The notes beneath the pieces are model-generated. The model was not told the DNA's origin. It searched no databases and worked only from the letters and a program-made list of their open reading frames with translations. 64,000 bases of DNA, taken from NCBI GenBank assembly GCA_000004985.1, contig GG738845.1. One strand, 5' to 3'. Numbering within the stretch: position 1 is the first letter of the stretch; each line of letters begins with the position of its first letter. The DNA is from Naegleria gruberi (taxonomy: Eukaryota). Shown one piece after another: positions 22,273-34,305 of the stretch. A program made the translations under genes and the position numbers.

Positions 22273-23582
22273 TTATTTCTTCTTAGAAGATTCATAACTA
22301 AAAACGAAAACACCAACAAAACTCAAAAAGATTCCACACCATCCAAACAATGAAAAGGTAACACCAAAGAATGCAAAGCTTAAAACTAAAGTCACCAACT
22401 TGTAACAACTGTTTGCAATTGAAATGGAAGTGTTGGTAACTAATTTGAGGAGGAAAAAGTATGAAAGTCCAATAAGGAATCCAAATACTGAAGTAATTGC
22501 AATATAAATCCAATCAGTTGTACTCAATGAAGCCAAAGCAACACCAACTTGAACTCTATCACTAGAGAGAGCAAGAATAACGTAGAAAATTGGGAGTGAA
22601 AGTAAATTTCTAGCAAAATTCATACTAATTGGAGAAACACTTGGCATCCAATTATTTAAAATTCTCTTTTCTACTAATGGAATTAAAACAGTACATAAAG
22701 TATTCAAAACAACCCAATGATAACCATTCCATCTTAATGTATCTATAGATAAGTATCAACATGACATGGTATTCATTATTAGAAACAATCATAAATTAAT
22801 CAATGAATCAATAAAGAAAGATATCATTTTCCATATTAAAAAAATATTGAAATAATATATCGTAATACATCATAATACTACTACTTACAATCACTGAAAC
22901 TATAAAAAATACTTCCAACAAAAACAGCCAACAATGACAATTGAATTGTAAAATTCATCTTGTAATCAAAGAAAACTCTATCAATAATTGCAGTTAAAAG
23001 TGGCACTAAATTTCTAGTAACAGTAACCAAAGGAACACTTGCAATTTTCAATCCTTCAAAAGAAGTCCAAGTTAACAAGACAAAGAATAAACTAGTTGGT
23101 AATAAAAAGGTCAACTCTCTCAAAGTTGGAAAATTGAATGGCAAGACATTAAATTGTTTACAAATCAAAAAGGCCAAAACTCCGATAATTGTTTGGATAA
23201 TAATAATCATCAATGGAGCATCAAAAGATGATGATAAATGTTTGTTAACAAGTGTTAATGTAATACTACTCAAACATTGTAAACCAATCCAAATATGTGG
23301 TTTTGTAAAAATTGATAAAGTGTTAATAATTGTTAAAGTTTTGGAATTTTCTAAAAATTCAAAACAAGTCAAATTATCTTCATGTAATTTATCAATTCCA
23401 TTTAAAAAGGAATAATTGGATGCGAATTGATCAGATGGATGTTCACTATATTCTAATTCTTTTAATACTTGTTTTTTGACATCTGACCATGATGTTTGTG
23501 ATGAACATGAAATGTTTACCTTGTCTCCGAAAAGTGTTCTAACTTCGAGGGTTTTAAATTCTTCTTGACTTTCTGTATCCAT
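22273..23582 (-). CDS. Nucleotide-sugar/triose-phosphate transporter family (SLC35/TPT-DMT) membrane protein with an about 90-aa N-terminal extension, 2 exons: join(22273..22742,22889..23582)
   Basis: It has about 9-10 TM helices and the TPT-like pattern. A 146-nt intron (GTAAGT...CTATAG, phase 1: t+at=Y) joins the two listed minus ORFs into ...FYSFSD|Y|TLRWNGYHWVVLNTL.... The N-terminus KTLEVRTLFGDKVNISCSSQTSWSDVKKQVLKELEY looks like a beta-grasp/ubiquitin-like segment. Confidence 0.7.
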
Positions 23583-23783
23583 TTTTTTTTAATGTGTGAT
23601 GACACCTGACAGTCCATGTAGGGACCAACATCCAAAAGATAATAAATTTTTTATTGAATTGGGCATTTTGAATTTATTATTTTATGTAATTTTAATGAAA
23701 TATTTCAATTCTCCTTAAATATTTGCAAATATTTTCAATAAACTATTTAACTGTTTACAAAAATATTATTAAATATTAAATAT

Positions 23784-24011
23784 TCATCCTCTCAATTTAA
23801 ATAAAAAGTGAAGAGTTGAATCTTTTTGAATATTGTAATCCAGTAGCGTTTTATCATTCTCCATTTCTTTACCAGCAAATATTAAACGTTGTTCACTGAT
23901 GGGAACTCCATCTTTATTGAATATTTGATTCTTTACCGATTCAATTGTATCATTCGATTCGACATCGAGTGATAGAACTCTATTGTTTAGAGTTTTGACG
24001 GTTATTTGCAT
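23784..24011 (-). CDS. Divergent ubiquitin-like protein (75 aa) ending ...LRG (single C-terminal Gly)
   Basis: [75 protein letters not shown] is about 45% identical to ubiquitin along its full length, with equivalents of K48 and I44 present. It ends in RG rather than RGG. Confidence 0.7.
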   Translation of the reverse strand: MQITVKTLNNRVLSLDVESNDTIESVKNQIFNKDGVPISEQRLIFAGKEMENDKTLLDYNIQKDSTLHFLFKLRG

Positions 24012-24279
24012 TTTGTTTTTTTTTTATTGTTTATTGATCAGAATTCTAAAATTAATTGAAAATTAAATAATATATGGAAAATTGATGAGCGATGAACTCG
24101 GTTCTAGTTTGGAAAGCTCTCTTTACAATGAGAACTCTTGATTAATAATAAAAATCCAACTGGTTGTTTATTAAATAATAATTAATCTTTAGATCTCTGA
24201 ATTCAAATGCAAAAATTGAAAATTGGAAAAATCTTGATTTGTTGCAAAATTTTAATTTTTTATTAAAATTTATAAAAAA

Positions 24280-27200
24280 ATGTCACAAACACCCGGTGGA
24301 GTGGGCGTGTCGAATAATTCAAATCCTTCTACTACTCTTCTGGGTTCATCTTCTCAACAACAACCCACCGATATTAATAGTAGTTTGAATATTTTACAAG
24401 AAAAGATTATCTATATTGATGATGATCAGCCTACTTCTTCCGACAGCTCGGATACTCAACAACGAAAAAAACAAATTCAACAAGCAATAACGAATATATC
24501 AGAGTTTTTTATTTATTACTATCAACAAGAATGTAAATTTAATTTATTAGATTCATCAAGTGGTTCATCTAGCACTGCTACTGCTACTAATAATACAAAT
24601 AACTCTACATCCAACAATACAAGTAATAATAATTTGGAGATCTTTTATAAAAATGTTACAAATTTCTTAAATATATCTATTCAACAATTATTAAGAGGAT
24701 GTGGAGATGTGAGTGAATCCATTCGAACATTTTCTAATGAACATTTAAGAAAAGTGATCAAATCAGTAATTGATACACATTCCGATAGAGTATTAGTAAT
24801 TTTATTTAGATGTATGAAGCCTAAAGCAAATAACAAGTATAGTATAATAAGTGCAATTTCTAATTTTGCAAATATATCACATTATATTAAGCCACAAAAA
24901 TGTAGAACAATGGTTTCATTTATTTTACCACAATTAATACAATTTATATCTATGGAATTTGACTATTATTCAACTATATTAGAAAATATTATTATGAATG
25001 GTTCTCTAGATAAAATTTTTGATATTTTAGGACCATACATTGAAAGTAATGAAATTTATGATTTTTGTAAAGATTTGTACAAATTATTATCACACTCTGA
25101 AGTTGAAATTAGAAGAGCTTGTGCTAAATGTATTTCATCATGTTGTGCTTTTATTCCTTCCTGTCCTATTCATCAAATTGCTTTGGACATTTTCAATTTA
25201 TCAAATAATTGTTTTGATAGGAACCAAACAACAACAACAACAATACATGATAACATCACAAATAACCTTGATCCGACAACAACAACAACAACACCAAACA
25301 CCACTGCGAGTGAAGGAGTTAAAAAGATGAAAGCAAGTGAAAGTAATTCTAACATAGAATGTACAGATATTAAAACACTGCAAGGAATTTTAAACACCTT
25401 TCTAAATTTACTAGTAGTACTAGATGAATTGAAGACAAATAATATAGAATATCAAACCTATAGTAATATTATTTGTGATTTATTAATTGATTGTCTTACT
25501 ATTCAAGATCAGAGAATTTTATCACCTTCTATTGAATTATTAACTAATTTACTTTCAAAATTTAGTAATTATTGTAAAAATTGGAATAGAGGAAAGGTTA
25601 ATTCTTTACTTTCTAAAATAATATACTTGTTATCTGTTCAGAGTGTTCTTGTAACTGTTAAAAGTTATGTTTTAGAAACTCTACAACAATTTTTATACGT
25701 CTTTCCAGAATGGACATTAGATTCTTTCCAATCTAATGATTTTAATTTGAATTATTTGTTTAATATTTTAGATAATATCGAGGAAGATTATTTAATTCGT
25801 GGTAAATCTGCAATTTTACTTTCCACTATTATTGAAGTTTGTGTTAAATTGTCTCACAAAAATTTATATGAAAAAGTAATTCCAATATTTGACTATGAAA
25901 GTATTTTATCAATGCCACGTTTAATCGGAAAAGGATCAAATCCTATACTAGGTGGAAGTTCTGCTCACCATTTAATATTTTGTAAATTGAGTCAATATAT
26001 TATTGATAAGATCATGTCTATCATGATGAAGGAATCATTTAATCATTTATTAATTAGAATGTTAATTAATTCTTGTTCTAAGAGCTTACCTATTTGCTTA
26101 AGCTCATTGGGAGAATTATCTTTCCATATTCCAAAATATATTTTATCTATTATTCATGTTAATGACAGTTTTTGGGGAGTCAAGTTTGAAATTTTAAATC
26201 TTTTAAATAGATTTGATTATACTCTTATTGAATATTACGAGAGAAAGAATAATGAAACATCAATTTCATTATCAACACAACCACTTTTACAAATTATTGT
26301 TGATTTGATTTGGAAATATATTGGTGATGATAACGAAAAAGTTAGAAAGTTATCATGTATGAATTTAATTCAATTATTACCATATCCAAATGTAATGAAT
26401 AATATTCATGCTCAATTGAACACAAGTAATACTTTAACAAAAACATCATCACAAATGGTTTCTATATTCGAAAGATATTCATCTAATTATGATAATAGAT
26501 TATTGAAACAAATCATTTCATCAGATATTTTGAAATATAGAAATGTTATTAGGGATCATGAATTGACCAATGTGGTTCTTGTTATTACACGTTGTATTTC
26601 TCAATTGAGTCTTGTAAAGGATGACAAACATACTTTTATTGGTATTTTAAAGTTATTATCTTTAGTAGCAAAGAAATATTCCTATACTAATACTCATAAT
26701 TCTAATGTTAGTAACAGTAATAATAGTGTTTCCATGATTAAACCAGTTATTGCATACTACAGTATTGAAGTGTTAGAATTACTGTTAGACAAATTAAAAT
26801 ATTCATCTGAAATTAGTACAGATTTAAGCGTACACTCAATGATTATCAAGACAATGGGATTATATATTACTCAATTAAAACATTTAAATGAAGCCAAGGT
26901 CTTGTACATTACTGAGCATTTATTAGAATATGAACAATTTATGATTGATTTGATAACAAATGTTTTTGATGAACAGTACATTAAACAATTATCAACCATT
27001 CAATCAGAATACCAAAAACATATGCACAAATATGTTTATGACAAGCTGTATAATAACATTTATCAGTCAGCCAAGTCATCTATTAGTAATGCAATTATTG
27101 ATTCTACATATAGTAGAGATGCTATTTCTATTATGAGATATCAATTGTTAAAGACATTATACTATATTTTACTGAATGGATCACCATCATGCATTGAAAA

Positions 27201-30200
27201 ATACACAATTTCAATGATTCAATATTTGAATTTTAATGCTAGATATGAAAAGAAGTACTCCATTCTATGTATCCAAGAATTATTCGTCTCATTGTTTGGT
27301 AAAAAGGATAAATACTACAATCTTAATATACCAAGTTACGAAAACATGAAACCAGTGTTTATCAATGATGAATATGATGTTATTTCAAATAATGATGTGA
27401 AAAAGTCTAATGGCCTGTTCGACAAGATTTTTGTTGAAGGTAAAAAGTATTCTATCTATGCTAGAAGAGCAATGAATAGCGATTTGAATTCTAATAGAGT
27501 TAGAACTAGAAGTCTGCTAGTTCCTTATGGTGAATCTACTTCTCCTTCTAAAAATACAACTGGAACGACTGGTGGCGGTTCAAATACACCTTCTACCAAG
27601 AAGGCATTCAGTTATGATTCTCAATTTTTAAATACTGGTAAAACATATAGACAAATATTGGGAATGTTCAATCCTGTAGTGATTGGTTTAACAAAATATT
27701 TCAAACACACTCATGACCGATCATTACAAAATGTGGTTTTATTCATGTTAATTAGAATGATTTGCATTGGAATAGATTTTAGTCAATTGGATAAGGATTC
27801 AACATTCATCAAGTTTATTTTTAATCAATTAGAAAAGTTTGACGAACCTGACTTTGTTTTATATCAAATTATGGACTTTTTGTCTGTTTTATTGTTTATT
27901 GTCAAATACCAACATTTCCCTGAGAATCCATTTGATTCTATTGTAAAATTAGTTCAATCAACATTCAATAGCTCACAGTTTGAAAAGAACGGAAATTCAA
28001 TTTTAAAGTCAATTTCACCTGTAATGATAAGAGGTTTCTTATGTGAAATCAGAACTGAAAAAGTTGAAAAGAGTTATGGTAACTTGATGCTGAATGAATT
28101 TTTGAAAAATGTAACCTTACCAGAATGTCAATCTGTATTGACATTGCTATTAAGAAATGTTCATCATTCAACTTTAACATGTTCAAACACCAATAATACT
28201 ACTGGTAATGCCTCATCAAGTAGCAATAGCAACAATACATCATCAAAGGATGCAACATCACTTCCGTGGATTGAATTATCAAATTCTATTCTTAAAGAAT
28301 GGGTTGTTAAACATAATTTACAGGTGGATGTAGATTGGAATTTAATATCAAACATTTCTAACCATTTCCAAACAAATAACATTGCTACCACTTATTATAA
28401 TCACACTGTAAATTCAAATAGTGGAGGTTTAACATCAAACTCATCTGCTTCAAATGGAAATCAATCTATGAATTTGAAATCCAATCTTGTTTTCCAAAAT
28501 AGATGTAAAAAAGAAAATGTTCAATATGAGTTTAATAATTGTGAATTTATAATTGAACTTTCTAAAATATTTTATTTCATTGATGCATTGTACATTAATA
28601 TTAATGACCAAGCAAAGATTGTAACTCACTTGATAGATTCTTTTGATGAACATTTAGATCAAAATTCTCTTGAAAAACAAGTTCAAACACCTTCCTCAGT
28701 TCAACATAAGGAAAATATGAACGAAAAGTTGAGTGTTATTAATAGCTTGCTAAAGTCCTTGATATTTATGAAACTCTTGAATAGAATTGATAAGAAACAA
28801 GCTAACGTGCAAGAAAATTTAAAGAATCTTGAAAGGTTTTTGCAATCAATTTCAAATGCATTGAATTTATATTTGAATCATAGAGACACTTCCTCGATTA
28901 TCGTAATCAAGTATTTAACTTGTGAAATGTTGACTGTCACAATAGAATTACAAGAGAGATTGTATATCAAGTTGTTGACACACGAACATGTACGACAATC
29001 TGATCATTTGAATTCCATTTTCCATAATCAAATTTTGCACATTTTGAAATTATTTAATATTAACTACCTCAAACATTATGATTTTACAATTTATACTTTG
29101 TTGTTCTCACTTTTGCTTGCTCATTCAAAGGTAGAAAAACAATTTGGAGTTTCATTCTTGAATTATTTATATGGTTTTTATCACTCTAATATTTATAACT
29201 TTAATATTTTGAATAATACCCAATTATTATTAGGCATTAATGAAAGTATTGCATCCGATGAGAATAATTTAACATATCATGAATTTGTAATTCAACAAAA
29301 ATCAGTTTTCCTCAGTATGATCAACATAATTGTAAATTATCAAGATAATATCATTGAATTATTCAAACAATGCGAAATTAATAATCTATCCAATCGTATT
29401 TGGAAAGAAATATTCAATCACTTTGATGAGCCATTAATAGAAAAGTTTTTGGAAAAGTTCTGTAGAGATATTTGTTGTGAAAATGATCTAGTCGGATTAT
29501 TTGACGAATTGAATGATAAATTCAAATCCCAACTACATTTAAACGATTTGAGAATTCTATTTAAGTTTATTAAGAATAATATTAAAAAAGAACATTTAAT
29601 TTGGTTGCATCCTAAGATTGTCAACCAATTGGAAGAAAGATTAAAGATTGAAACTACATTTATGAAAAGAAAAGTTATATCTGATATGATTAAGTATATT
29701 AATTCAAATATTGAAAAGCCAAATGAAAATTCAAAATTAAACCAAGAATTCAAAAACTTGGATTTAATTTTAGAAAAGGTTAAAAATGAAATGTTTAAGA
29801 ATCAAAATGAAATTCCTCCATCAAAATTAGTTAATAACTTTTTCACCTATAACAATTTAGTTTCTAATCCATTAGTAATTTCAAACTTCTTAATTGAATA
29901 TATGGATAAAAATGAACTTAAATATGTTCCTAGTATAGTTAGCAATTTAAATATTCAATCAATTAACAACATTCTAGTACATTTCAAAGATAACGTTGAA
30001 TTTATAACATCATTATTAATTCATTTGAAATCTAAAGAACAAATTTTACCTTTTATTGAATTTACGTTCAATGAATTGAATAATATTCCATATAACTTTA
30101 CAAGTTATTTGAAATTATCTAATTTATTATCAAAGTTACTATCAAAATGTAGATCATCAAATGATTTAATTCAATTATATGATAAGAATATGGTTATTAA

Positions 30201-33200
30201 TTTTACAATTAATTTTATTGAATTATTTTATTTGGAGAGAATTCAAAAACATAATGTTGATATTACAGATGTTGATTATATTTTATCGTTAATTTTACAA
30301 ATTTTGTATTCGTTTGGTAATTCTATTGAATATTATTCTGAAAATTTATTATTAATTTTAAATAATCCAGAAATAGATTTAAATTTGAATACTAATAATA
30401 CTTCATCTAATACTACCAAAACTACTACAAGTACTGTGGAAGAAACTAAGAATACTACTCTATTATTAATGGAAGATGATTATGTTGATAGCTTTGCAAC
30501 AACAACAGAGGAACCAACTGAACAAGAACCACAACAAGAAGATCAATCACCTAACAAGGAGACTAACAATTCTATTTTAGAAATGAATGAAGATGAAAGA
30601 AGGGTACTAAAATTCATCAAATTATCATGTCAATTAATAATTGATGCCACAAGCGTTTCATCACAATCCATCAATTACAATAAGGATATTAATATTTTGA
30701 AATATTTAAAGTTGATTCTATTCAAAACTTTCCAATTATATCCAAATATGCAAGCTTCTAATGAGGATAGTGATATTTATGGAAGTGTTGGAAATACTAC
30801 ATCCTTGTACGGATTTTCTATTGGTAATAGAATACCATTTATTTCATATCATCATTTGAAGTTGATTAGATCTATTGGTTTGGAGCTTTCTAAATGTTTT
30901 ATTAATTTAGTATATGATCCATATTTACCAAACATGGAAACACAATATTTCCCTAGAATTGATATAGAACAAGTTCAAACGTTAATTTTCATGATACAAG
31001 AAATAGGTTGCAATGAAGAAATATTTAAGCAATTGTTCGAAATGAGTTTTGATTTGCTCAAGATGGAAATTACTCAACCATTTGATGAAATTCATGTTTT
31101 ATTTATCAAATTGTTGACATGTATGATATGTAGAATGAATCAACCTCCGTCCCTATCCAATAACTTTTCATCCAATATATTATCATCATTTGATAACTTT
31201 GGAAATTCACTTCTTGGAATCCAACATGGTGGTAATAATTTGAACTCCATTTTGAACTCTGTCGAAAAGTACTTGTTAAAATCTACTGGTTCAACAAATA
31301 GTAGTGGTACTAGTGGTTCATTCACTGGTGGTATTGGAACATCAAATAATAGAAACAGTTTCAATGGAAGCTTTGGTAACATGAGTAATTTAATTGATAA
31401 GAATAGTAATACTACTAGACAGAGTATTAGTGTTGAGGAAATTTATTCCAAAGCACTTTTTAACAGCTTCATGTTATTTATTCATGATAGCATCCAAAAA
31501 TTCAGTAAGAATAACTTGATGATTACAAAAGAATTGGTTAAATCACTCATTCTTATTATGGAAAACAACATTGTATTATTTGCTGTTAATAATGGTACTT
31601 ATTCAGTTCAATGGTTGCACGAATTATTTAAAAACATTTATAAGGAATGTAATTTATACGAAGATTGGATATTAGGACAATATGCTCTATATGGTTTGAG
31701 CAAAACTTATGCCATTCTACATTCAAATAATGCCAAAGATGTCAATGAAGATTTTATCATCAAAACAATGGAATCATCACTTGTTAACAATCATTTGAAA
31801 CAATCTGCATTACAATCAGTTTTATCATTTATTGAATGTGGAAATAGAAATATTGTATTGAAATTACTTCCTTATTTAGCAAGCAATATTCAAACATGGT
31901 TATTAGATAAGGAACAAACTGTTTATAATCAATTATTATTGATGAAAATGGTAACTCAAATGGTACAACAATATCCTGAAGCATCTGTTCACCAATTGAC
32001 CAAAAAGACTATGGAATCTTTATTCAATTTATCAGATGATATTGACGCTCCTTTAACTATTGTCGTCACCATCTTTAAATCTTTACAAAAATTATTAATT
32101 AATTATTCACTTTCTCAATTTGAAAGATCTTTAATTGAAGCCATGACAAGTATTAAACAATCTACAATGATCACCAGAAATGATAATACCAATGCAGTAA
32201 CTAATAGGAATGATGCTGGAATGATGAACAAAATTGTTACTCCGTTCAAGAAGATGACCATTGATACTTCAACATTTAGTAATTTCACACAAATGTTAGC
32301 TCAAAATAAGACCATGTTAATTAATAGAAAGTCTACTGCTGGTTCTATGCAATCGAGCAGTAATACTGCGACTGTTAATACATCCAGTTCAACTTTACCT
32401 TCTAATAAGACAAATAATAGTTCTAGAATTAGTACTGAGAAACCTTCAATTACAGCCACAAGTAATAATATCAGTATTACTGTTGGAAGTGGTATTCCTA
32501 ATTCTACTACCAACACTGCATCATCTTCTGTAGCACCAACAAGTAATAACAATACAGCAACCACCAAGATGAAACAATTCATGAGTTTCTTCACAACTAA
32601 GAAGCAAACGACTCCTCCAACGAGTTCTACGACAACTACCACTCCTGCCGTTAACCAACCATCATTAACTCCACCAACTAATCCTACTTCTGGCTCATTA
32701 ACATCATCTCCAAGTCTTTCATCACTTCCAATGAGTAGAAGTATGAGCATGACATCGATTGTATCAAGTATGGCAAGATCAAGTGAAAAATTACAAACTC
32801 TCTCACAGACAAGAAGAGTTTTATTACTTGGATTAATGTCAACTTCAATGTATACATCATCATGCTCAACACAACAACAATTAGATTCACAAAGAGAACG
32901 TGCTAAAGTTAATATTTTACATTTAATTGAACAATTCCACGATGGTGAAATTGATAGAGAAGGTGAAATTATTTTAAGATTTATTCCACAATTAATGGTA
33001 GATTTCTTTGACAATGAGCAAATATTACCATTATTATATAACGAATTTTTGAGCTCTAAAACCCATCCACTGCTGTTATCATTACTTTTATCACTTCACA
33101 TGCCACATTCTTTGAATGATAGAAAAGTGTTTGAAAATTGGATCACAATGAGTATGCAAACGCTTTGTTTGAAACAACCAACATGTGGAGCATTGTGGGC

Positions 33201-33534
33201 ATTAATGTGCTTGTTTATTAGTGTTTGTATTGGTGAATTTGACCATCACTATGCAACACTAGTTTACTTTGGATCAAATTATGGACTTGTACATGAATGG
33301 AATGATATCTCTTCACATGCTTTCCTTTTATATGGATTAATATTTTATAATTATTTATCAAAACATGAAATGGATGGTGCCATTAATGTTTTTAAGAATG
33401 TTGTTCTTCCTCAATTGATTCAAGATTCAAAAGATCAATTAATTTATGTTAAATTATTGAAATCTTTACTATTTTTGATTAATTCAAACAATGGAGCAAC
33501 TTTACAAACCAAGTCACTTGAGGATTTCTTTTAA
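24280..33534 (+). CDS. htt: Huntingtin orthologue (3084 aa, single uninterrupted exon)
   Basis: The size matches metazoan and Dictyostelium huntingtin. The C-terminal blocks FIPQLMVDFF / ENWITMSMQTL / ALWALMCLFISVC align with the human HTT C-terminus (ILPQFLDDFF / RDWVMLSLSNF / ATWSLSCFFVSAS). The repeat architecture is HEAT-like throughout, and there is no long polyQ. Confidence 0.85.
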   Translation: MSQTPGGVGVSNNSNPSTTLLGSSSQQQPTDINSSLNILQEKIIYIDDDQPTSSDSSDTQQRKKQIQQAITNISEFFIYYYQQECKFNLLDSSSGSSSTATATNNTNNSTSNNTSNNNLEIFYKNVTNFLNISIQQLLRGCGDVSESIRTFSNEHLRKVIKSVIDTHSDRVLVILFRCMKPKANNKYSIISAISNFANISHYIKPQKCRTMVSFILPQLIQFISMEFDYYSTILENIIMNGSLDKIFDILGPYIESNEIYDFCKDLYKLLSHSEVEIRRACAKCISSCCAFIPSCPIHQIALDIFNLSNNCFDRNQTTTTTIHDNITNNLDPTTTTTTPNTTASEGVKKMKASESNSNIECTDIKTLQGILNTFLNLLVVLDELKTNNIEYQTYSNIICDLLIDCLTIQDQRILSPSIELLTNLLSKFSNYCKNWNRGKVNSLLSKIIYLLSVQSVLVTVKSYVLETLQQFLYVFPEWTLDSFQSNDFNLNYLFNILDNIEEDYLIRGKSAILLSTIIEVCVKLSHKNLYEKVIPIFDYESILSMPRLIGKGSNPILGGSSAHHLIFCKLSQYIIDKIMSIMMKESFNHLLIRMLINSCSKSLPICLSSLGELSFHIPKYILSIIHVNDSFWGVKFEILNLLNRFDYTLIEYYERKNNETSISLSTQPLLQIIVDLIWKYIGDDNEKVRKLSCMNLIQLLPYPNVMNNIHAQLNTSNTLTKTSSQMVSIFERYSSNYDNRLLKQIISSDILKYRNVIRDHELTNVVLVITRCISQLSLVKDDKHTFIGILKLLSLVAKKYSYTNTHNSNVSNSNNSVSMIKPVIAYYSIEVLELLLDKLKYSSEISTDLSVHSMIIKTMGLYITQLKHLNEAKVLYITEHLLEYEQFMIDLITNVFDEQYIKQLSTIQSEYQKHMHKYVYDKLYNNIYQSAKSSISNAIIDSTYSRDAISIMRYQLLKTLYYILLNGSPSCIEKYTISMIQYLNFNARYEKKYSILCIQELFVSLFGKKDKYYNLNIPSYENMKPVFINDEYDVISNNDVKKSNGLFDKIFVEGKKYSIYARRAMNSDLNSNRVRTRSLLVPYGESTSPSKNTTGTTGGGSNTPSTKKAFSYDSQFLNTGKTYRQILGMFNPVVIGLTKYFKHTHDRSLQNVVLFMLIRMICIGIDFSQLDKDSTFIKFIFNQLEKFDEPDFVLYQIMDFLSVLLFIVKYQHFPENPFDSIVKLVQSTFNSSQFEKNGNSILKSISPVMIRGFLCEIRTEKVEKSYGNLMLNEFLKNVTLPECQSVLTLLLRNVHHSTLTCSNTNNTTGNASSSSNSNNTSSKDATSLPWIELSNSILKEWVVKHNLQVDVDWNLISNISNHFQTNNIATTYYNHTVNSNSGGLTSNSSASNGNQSMNLKSNLVFQNRCKKENVQYEFNNCEFIIELSKIFYFIDALYININDQAKIVTHLIDSFDEHLDQNSLEKQVQTPSSVQHKENMNEKLSVINSLLKSLIFMKLLNRIDKKQANVQENLKNLERFLQSISNALNLYLNHRDTSSIIVIKYLTCEMLTVTIELQERLYIKLLTHEHVRQSDHLNSIFHNQILHILKLFNINYLKHYDFTIYTLLFSLLLAHSKVEKQFGVSFLNYLYGFYHSNIYNFNILNNTQLLLGINESIASDENNLTYHEFVIQQKSVFLSMINIIVNYQDNIIELFKQCEINNLSNRIWKEIFNHFDEPLIEKFLEKFCRDICCENDLVGLFDELNDKFKSQLHLNDLRILFKFIKNNIKKEHLIWLHPKIVNQLEERLKIETTFMKRKVISDMIKYINSNIEKPNENSKLNQEFKNLDLILEKVKNEMFKNQNEIPPSKLVNNFFTYNNLVSNPLVISNFLIEYMDKNELKYVPSIVSNLNIQSINNILVHFKDNVEFITSLLIHLKSKEQILPFIEFTFNELNNIPYNFTSYLKLSNLLSKLLSKCRSSNDLIQLYDKNMVINFTINFIELFYLERIQKHNVDITDVDYILSLILQILYSFGNSIEYYSENLLLILNNPEIDLNLNTNNTSSNTTKTTTSTVEETKNTTLLLMEDDYVDSFATTTEEPTEQEPQQEDQSPNKETNNSILEMNEDERRVLKFIKLSCQLIIDATSVSSQSINYNKDINILKYLKLILFKTFQLYPNMQASNEDSDIYGSVGNTTSLYGFSIGNRIPFISYHHLKLIRSIGLELSKCFINLVYDPYLPNMETQYFPRIDIEQVQTLIFMIQEIGCNEEIFKQLFEMSFDLLKMEITQPFDEIHVLFIKLLTCMICRMNQPPSLSNNFSSNILSSFDNFGNSLLGIQHGGNNLNSILNSVEKYLLKSTGSTNSSGTSGSFTGGIGTSNNRNSFNGSFGNMSNLIDKNSNTTRQSISVEEIYSKALFNSFMLFIHDSIQKFSKNNLMITKELVKSLILIMENNIVLFAVNNGTYSVQWLHELFKNIYKECNLYEDWILGQYALYGLSKTYAILHSNNAKDVNEDFIIKTMESSLVNNHLKQSALQSVLSFIECGNRNIVLKLLPYLASNIQTWLLDKEQTVYNQLLLMKMVTQMVQQYPEASVHQLTKKTMESLFNLSDDIDAPLTIVVTIFKSLQKLLINYSLSQFERSLIEAMTSIKQSTMITRNDNTNAVTNRNDAGMMNKIVTPFKKMTIDTSTFSNFTQMLAQNKTMLINRKSTAGSMQSSSNTATVNTSSSTLPSNKTNNSSRISTEKPSITATSNNISITVGSGIPNSTTNTASSSVAPTSNNNTATTKMKQFMSFFTTKKQTTPPTSSTTTTTPAVNQPSLTPPTNPTSGSLTSSPSLSSLPMSRSMSMTSIVSSMARSSEKLQTLSQTRRVLLLGLMSTSMYTSSCSTQQQLDSQRERAKVNILHLIEQFHDGEIDREGEIILRFIPQLMVDFFDNEQILPLLYNEFLSSKTHPLLLSLLLSLHMPHSLNDRKVFENWITMSMQTLCLKQPTCGALWALMCLFISVCIGEFDHHYATLVYFGSNYGLVHEWNDISSHAFLLYGLIFYNYLSKHEMDGAINVFKNVVLPQLIQDSKDQLIYVKLLKSLLFLINSNNGATLQTKSLEDFF

Positions 33535-33577
33535 ATAAAGAATTTGTGTTTGCTTTTTTTCTTGGGCATAGATTAAT

Positions 33578-33625
33578 TTTCCAAATAACAAACACAAACA
33601 ACACTCAATTCATAGAAGAAAATTA
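33578..33625. repeat. Short dispersed repeat (ttttccaaataacaaacac...actcaattcatagaagaaaat); second copy at 34492..34533
   Basis: A visible match of about 45 bp between the two loci inside the htt-downstream gene desert. Confidence 0.4.
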
Positions 33626-34305
33626 CAAAATATTTATGCACCAAATAGAAAGAACAAGCTTTAGAATTTGAAATTTCAAAAGAAAATGATTTTGGTGCTT
33701 CGTTTATGTCTTTTTCAAAATCAATTAGAGATTTATTTTAATCCTTTGTTAACTTTCTTTGTATTTATAAAATCTCCTTTAAAATTTCTTCTTAATAATC
33801 AACCTACCCTTCTTATAAATTTAATCTCTTTTAACAAACCAGCGTCCATTATTAAGAATCATTTTTTCAAAACAGACCCATATGAAAAACACAAATGGTT
33901 TGCTTATTCTTTGTTTTCCCCTGTTATTTTCGAGAAAATATATATTTTAGTTGGAATGTAGTTTAAGAAACCGTTAGAATAGAATTATGGTTCTATTGTG
34001 TTATTGGTAAAATAAAACGGTAATACTAAGGTTTGAAAAATAAGATCAAACTTGATCAATGAACAAACTTTCAAAGACGAATAAATTTAGTCTCTTCATA
34101 ATAAGTTTGATCGTAAAGATTGATAAATATTTCTTCATTTCCAAGACCAAACATTCTGTGGCCTAATATATTTGGTGGTTCAGTTAATAATTAGTTACAA
34201 AAACAATAATTTGCACTGAAATATATTGTAAATCCATTTTAATAACATAAAACCAATAATGGTGCATTTTGGATTTAGATTTTTTCCCAATTTGTTATTT
34301 CATTC

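Noticed and set aside
25040-33014. ORFs within or antisense to huntingtin (25040..25330, 25173..25397, 25201..25383, 28164..28391, 28450..28653, 29418..29753, 31140..31382, 32301..33014, 32684..32890)
   Set aside because: They are alternative-frame or antisense artefacts of a 9.25 kb continuous ORF. The 237-aa ORF 32301..33014 is a poly-Val/Leu translation of the antisense of an Asn/Thr-rich tract.
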